The position numbers and the translations under genes were made by a program. The notes beneath the pieces are model-generated. The model saw nothing but the letters and a program-made list of their open reading frames with translations. It had not been told where the DNA came from and did not search any database. Positions 60,906 through 64,000 of a DNA stretch of 64,000 nt are shown here, piece after piece. The DNA is from Candidatus Margulisiibacteriota bacterium. Lineage in GTDB: Bacteria > Margulisbacteria > Marinamargulisbacteria > JBFWNS01. The stretch covers positions 96,001 through 160,000 of the forward strand of contig JBFWNS010000001.1 in NCBI GenBank assembly GCA_050250935.1, in the 5' to 3' direction. Numbering within the stretch: position 1 is the first letter of the stretch; the number at the start of each line of letters is the position of its first letter.

Positions 60906-60960
60906 GTGAAACAATAAGTTCGATAATCTCGCCTACTGTTAATTCAACTTTTAGTTTGAT
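60868..60960 (-). CDS. Putative 30-aa type I toxin-like membrane peptide (ATC start)
   Basis: AGGAGGT SD 6 nt before ATC; (M)KLKVELTVGEIIELIVSLLVVLMLIARQH; in-frame GTG at 61011 gives a 47-aa alternative without SD. Confidence 0.6.
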   Translation of the reverse strand: MKLKVELTVGEIIELIVSLLVVLMLIARQH

Positions 60961-61068
60961 GTCAACACCTCCTCTCTTATAACTCGAGGGGTTGAGAGGT
61001 GCTCGTCGCACTAGCGCCGTTTCGATAAAGCTTACACGACGGCAGTTATTCTGGAAATATTTTTATTT

Positions 61069-61479
61069 TTATATAAAAGATACTTGTTCTTCAAAAAAAG
61101 CCTTGTCTTTGGGATGACTTAGTTTGTCGGCAATGTCGGCTTTGTCCAGCCACAGGGCTTCGGGGTTTTCGGGATCGGTTGGGGCCAATTCGGTTTGGGT
61201 GGTGGTGAATAAAAAGAATTCGATGCGTTTAAGCTCTGAGTGGTCTTCCCCACCATTTTTGCCAATGCGATACCGTTCGTAAAACCCCAGGTAACGCACC
61301 AAGGTGAGGTCCGTCACACCGGTTTCTTCGGCAATTTCTCGCTTGGCTGCATCAAGCAGGGTTTCGCCAGGGTCCACGTGGCCTTTGGGCAAGGACCACG
61401 AGGTGCCATGTTGGCAGGTGATAAGCACCTGCCCATGGCGATTAAGGACAATGCCACCCGCGCTGATGGTTTTTTCCAT
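61069..61479 (-). CDS. NUDIX hydrolase
   Basis: SAGGIV, WSLPKGH, AAKREIAEETG. Confidence 0.93.
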   Translation of the reverse strand: MEKTISAGGIVLNRHGQVLITCQHGTSWSLPKGHVDPGETLLDAAKREIAEETGVTDLTLVRYLGFYERYRIGKNGGEDHSELKRIEFFLFTTTQTELAPTDPENPEALWLDKADIADKLSHPKDKAFFEEQVSFI

Positions 61480-63170
61480 CAGAACAGGTTTTTGTCGGTG
61501 ACAGCGCCTTCGGAGGCTGAAGTCGTCAGTTTGGCAAATTTGGCCAAGACCCCACGGGTGTAACGGGGCGCTGGTTGCTTCCAGGCTGCCAACCGGGCTT
61601 GAAGTTCAGCATCGGGAACGTGAACATTGACCTCGTGTTTTTCGGCATCGATGGTGATGGTATCGCCGTTCTGAATCACGGCAATCACCCCACCGTCAAA
61701 GGCTTCTGGTGTGATGTGTCCCACCACAAAACCATGGGTTCCGCCTGAAAATCGGCCGTCGGTAATTAAGGCAACATCCTTGCCCAGGCCACGACCCATC
61801 ACCGCCGAGGTTGGGGACAACATTTCCCGCATCCCAGGTCCGCCTTTAGGACCTTCATAGCGAATGACGATCACGTCGCCTTTAACAATCCCGCCATCCA
61901 AAATGCTTTTGAGGGCTGCTTCTTCCGAATCAAACACCTTGGCCTTACCTTCAAATTTGAGGCCTTCTTTGCCAGAAATTTTGGCGACGCCGCCCTTAGA
62001 CGCCACGTTGCCGTAACACACCACCAAATGCCCTTGCGATTTGATGGGATTGGACAAGGGACGAACCACTTCTTGACCCGTGGGATAAGGCGCAACATCG
62101 GCCAAGTTTTCGGCAAGGGTTTTGCCCGTCACCGTCAGACAATCGCCATGCAGCAACCCAGCGTCCAATAAAATCTTCATCAAAGGGGTCACACCACCAA
62201 TTTCCACCAACTTGGACATGGTAAACCGGCCGCTGGGTTTTAAATCCGCCAACACCGGTACTTTTTGACCAATACGGGTAAAATCGTCCAAGGTTAGGGG
62301 AATACCAGCCGTATGGGCAATGGCCAACAAATGCAGCACGGCGTTGGTGGATCCTCCCAAAGCCGTGACCACCACAATGGCATTTTCCAAGGACTTTTTG
62401 GTGACGATATCCAAGGGTTTTAAATTGGCTTGAAGCAAGGCATAAACGGCTTTTCCCGCGTTACGACAGTCTTCTTTTTTATGCTCGGAAACCGCCGCTT
62501 GGGCCGAACTATTTGGCAAACTCAGCCCCATGGCCTCGATGGCCGATGCCATGGTGTTGGCCGTGTACATACCCCCACAAGAACCAGGGCCTGGAATCGC
62601 ACATTTTTCGACTTCTGTCAGTTCGGCAGCATCGATTTTGTTGTTGGCAAATGCCCCGACGGCTTCGAAAACAGAGACCACATCTTGGTCTTTGTTTTTG
62701 TGGCATCCTGGCAAAATGGTCCCGCCATATACAAACACGGAGGGACGGTTCATCCGCAACATGGCCATGACACAGGCCGGCATGTTTTTGTCGCAGCCCC
62801 CAATGGCCACAAACCCATCCAAATTTTCGCAACCCACCACCGTTTCGATGGAATCGGCAATGACTTCTCGGGAAACCAGGGAATATTTCATGCCTTCTGT
62901 TCCCATGGAAATCCCATCAGAAATCGTGATGGTGTTAAAAATAATGGCTTTTCCACCCGCTTCGTTAGCCCCAGCTTCGGCTTCTCTGGCCAAGCCATCG
63001 ATGTGCATATTACACGGGGTTACCATACTCCAGGTCGAAGCAATCCCGATTTGGGGTTTGTTAAAATCCTCGTCGTTAAAGCCCACGGCCCGCAACATGG
63101 CGCGGGAAGGGGCTCGGTCGTAGCCGTCTGTCATCTGAGAAGAAAAATGTCGGGGGTTGTGTGAGCTCAT
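61479..63170 (-). CDS. ilvD: Dihydroxy-acid dehydratase
   Basis: [46 protein letters not shown]. Confidence 0.98.
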   Translation of the reverse strand: MSSHNPRHFSSQMTDGYDRAPSRAMLRAVGFNDEDFNKPQIGIASTWSMVTPCNMHIDGLAREAEAGANEAGGKAIIFNTITISDGISMGTEGMKYSLVSREVIADSIETVVGCENLDGFVAIGGCDKNMPACVMAMLRMNRPSVFVYGGTILPGCHKNKDQDVVSVFEAVGAFANNKIDAAELTEVEKCAIPGPGSCGGMYTANTMASAIEAMGLSLPNSSAQAAVSEHKKEDCRNAGKAVYALLQANLKPLDIVTKKSLENAIVVVTALGGSTNAVLHLLAIAHTAGIPLTLDDFTRIGQKVPVLADLKPSGRFTMSKLVEIGGVTPLMKILLDAGLLHGDCLTVTGKTLAENLADVAPYPTGQEVVRPLSNPIKSQGHLVVCYGNVASKGGVAKISGKEGLKFEGKAKVFDSEEAALKSILDGGIVKGDVIVIRYEGPKGGPGMREMLSPTSAVMGRGLGKDVALITDGRFSGGTHGFVVGHITPEAFDGGVIAVIQNGDTITIDAEKHEVNVHVPDAELQARLAAWKQPAPRYTRGVLAKFAKLTTSASEGAVTDKNLF

Positions 63171-63257
63171 AACATCTCCAATGGGTAAAAGATTATCAAC
63201 AGGGCATCGAAATAATGGGAAAGAATTCTAGCACTTTTTTGGGTTTAATGTTAGGCT

Positions 63258-63520
63258 CTTGCCTGGTTTTTATCAGGGAAATTGGGCGAAAAACCCAGCT
63301 GTCCCGCAACTGTGAAGCGACTTCATAGAGCCTATCCCGATTTGACAGATGCAAGGCAAAGACAAGTAAAAAAACCGGAATTTAGCTACCTAAATGAGGA
63401 TTTTTTTAGCTTGGCTTTAACGCAGCAGATACAAATGCGGATAGTCTCCAGTGGAAGTAGCCTAGTCAGAATGCCTGAAATCAACCCCAATTTACCCCAT
63501 GCCCGTGGATAGGCATTAAG
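63258..63520 (+). promoter_or_regulatory. Cobalamin riboswitch with expression platform
   Basis: AGGGAA.TGGG..AAAACCCA.CTGTCCCGCAACTGT core; GGAAG...AGTCAGAA..CCTG B12 box; ATGCC/GGCAT hairpin next to the SD; upstream of a TonB receptor. Confidence 0.88.
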
Positions 63521-63528
63521 GAGTTTTT

Positions 63529-64000
63529 ATGCGCGTAGACGTTGTGTTTAAGCAAGTCTTGCTTGCTGTTGTGTGTATGTGTTGGTCGGGGCTAGTGATG
63601 GCCCAAACCGAGCCCAGTATAGCGCTTCCCGAAACTGTGGTCAGTGCAACCAAGTTTCCAAGACTCAGTTCGCAAGTCGCCGAAGATGTGTTTGTGATCA
63701 CCTCGAAAAATATGGAAGCAGCCGGGGTTAAAAACATCAAACAAGCCTTGATGTTGGTTCCTGGCTTAACCGTTTCGGATACGGGCGGGGCAACGCCAAC
63801 AACCCTTTTCTTACATGGGTTTCAATCTTACCAAATTTTGGTCCTCAAAGACGGCATGCCCATCAACGACACCATTTCTCCGCAGCCCATTGCCTATTTG
63901 GATTCGCTTTCCATCGATGATATTGATCGGGTCGAGGTGATGTTCAATTCCAAAAGTGTGCTCTATGGTAGCCAAGCCATGGCTGGCGTTATTCAAATTT
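63529..64000 (+). CDS. btuB: TonB-dependent receptor, probably cobalamin transporter (3' partial; absent from ORF track)
   Basis: AAGGAG SD, signal peptide, TonB box ETVVSAT, plug motifs VPG, LVL.DG.PIN, IDRVEV, LYGS.AM.GVI. Confidence 0.85.
   Translation, partial: MRVDVVFKQVLLAVVCMCWSGLVMAQTEPSIALPETVVSATKFPRLSSQVAEDVFVITSKNMEAAGVKNIKQALMLVPGLTVSDTGGATPTTLFLHGFQSYQILVLKDGMPINDTISPQPIAYLDSLSIDDIDRVEVMFNSKSVLYGSQAMAGVIQI

Noticed and set aside
60775..61068. tmRNA, RNase P RNA, SRP RNA, tRNA or 6S RNA
   Set aside because: No tRNA-like ends or tag peptide, no RNase P or SRP signature. The multi-hairpin fold with an SD and ORF fits 6S poorly, although an Rfam scan is still needed.
62430..63164. 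244-aa and 197-aa plus-strand ORFs
   Set aside because: Antisense shadows of ilvD.
63282..63512. 76-aa ORF upstream of btuB
   Set aside because: Lies within the riboswitch, has a TTG start without a good SD and no recognisable motif.

Overview
A gene-dense bacterial chromosome segment, mostly housekeeping genes: ftsZ, rph, coaD, rsmD, recG, dus, purL, ychF, xerD, rimO, pcrA, pdxJ, mfd, rpe, clpSA, ftsEX, tkt, rseP, lpxB, ilvD. The organism is diderm (lpxB, TonB-dependent receptor, PorV-like barrel) with Firmicutes/Cyanobacteria-like synteny, which would fit a Margulisbacteria-like lineage (inference only). No rRNA, tRNA, CRISPR array or IS element was seen. Highlights: (1) Two paralogous ~2900-aa signal-peptide-bearing fibre/adhesin proteins with GIGT repeats, YadA-head-like repeats, a C-terminal DYAE Peptidase-G2-like intramolecular chaperone and a coiled coil. 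One is in an operon with a PorV-like barrel and a near-standalone T9SS-CTD-like protein. Both loci are preceded by the same sigma28-like motif, CAAGTTTT-N11-CACGATWA. (2) An unannotated, structured 300-nt intergenic region with the layout of a type I toxin-antitoxin locus: a 30-aa hydrophobic peptide with a sequestered SD and ATC start, plus an antisense sigma70 promoter. (3) A compact 704-aa Mfd. (4) A cobalamin riboswitch upstream of a btuB-like gene. All family calls come from manual motif recognition; no searches were run.
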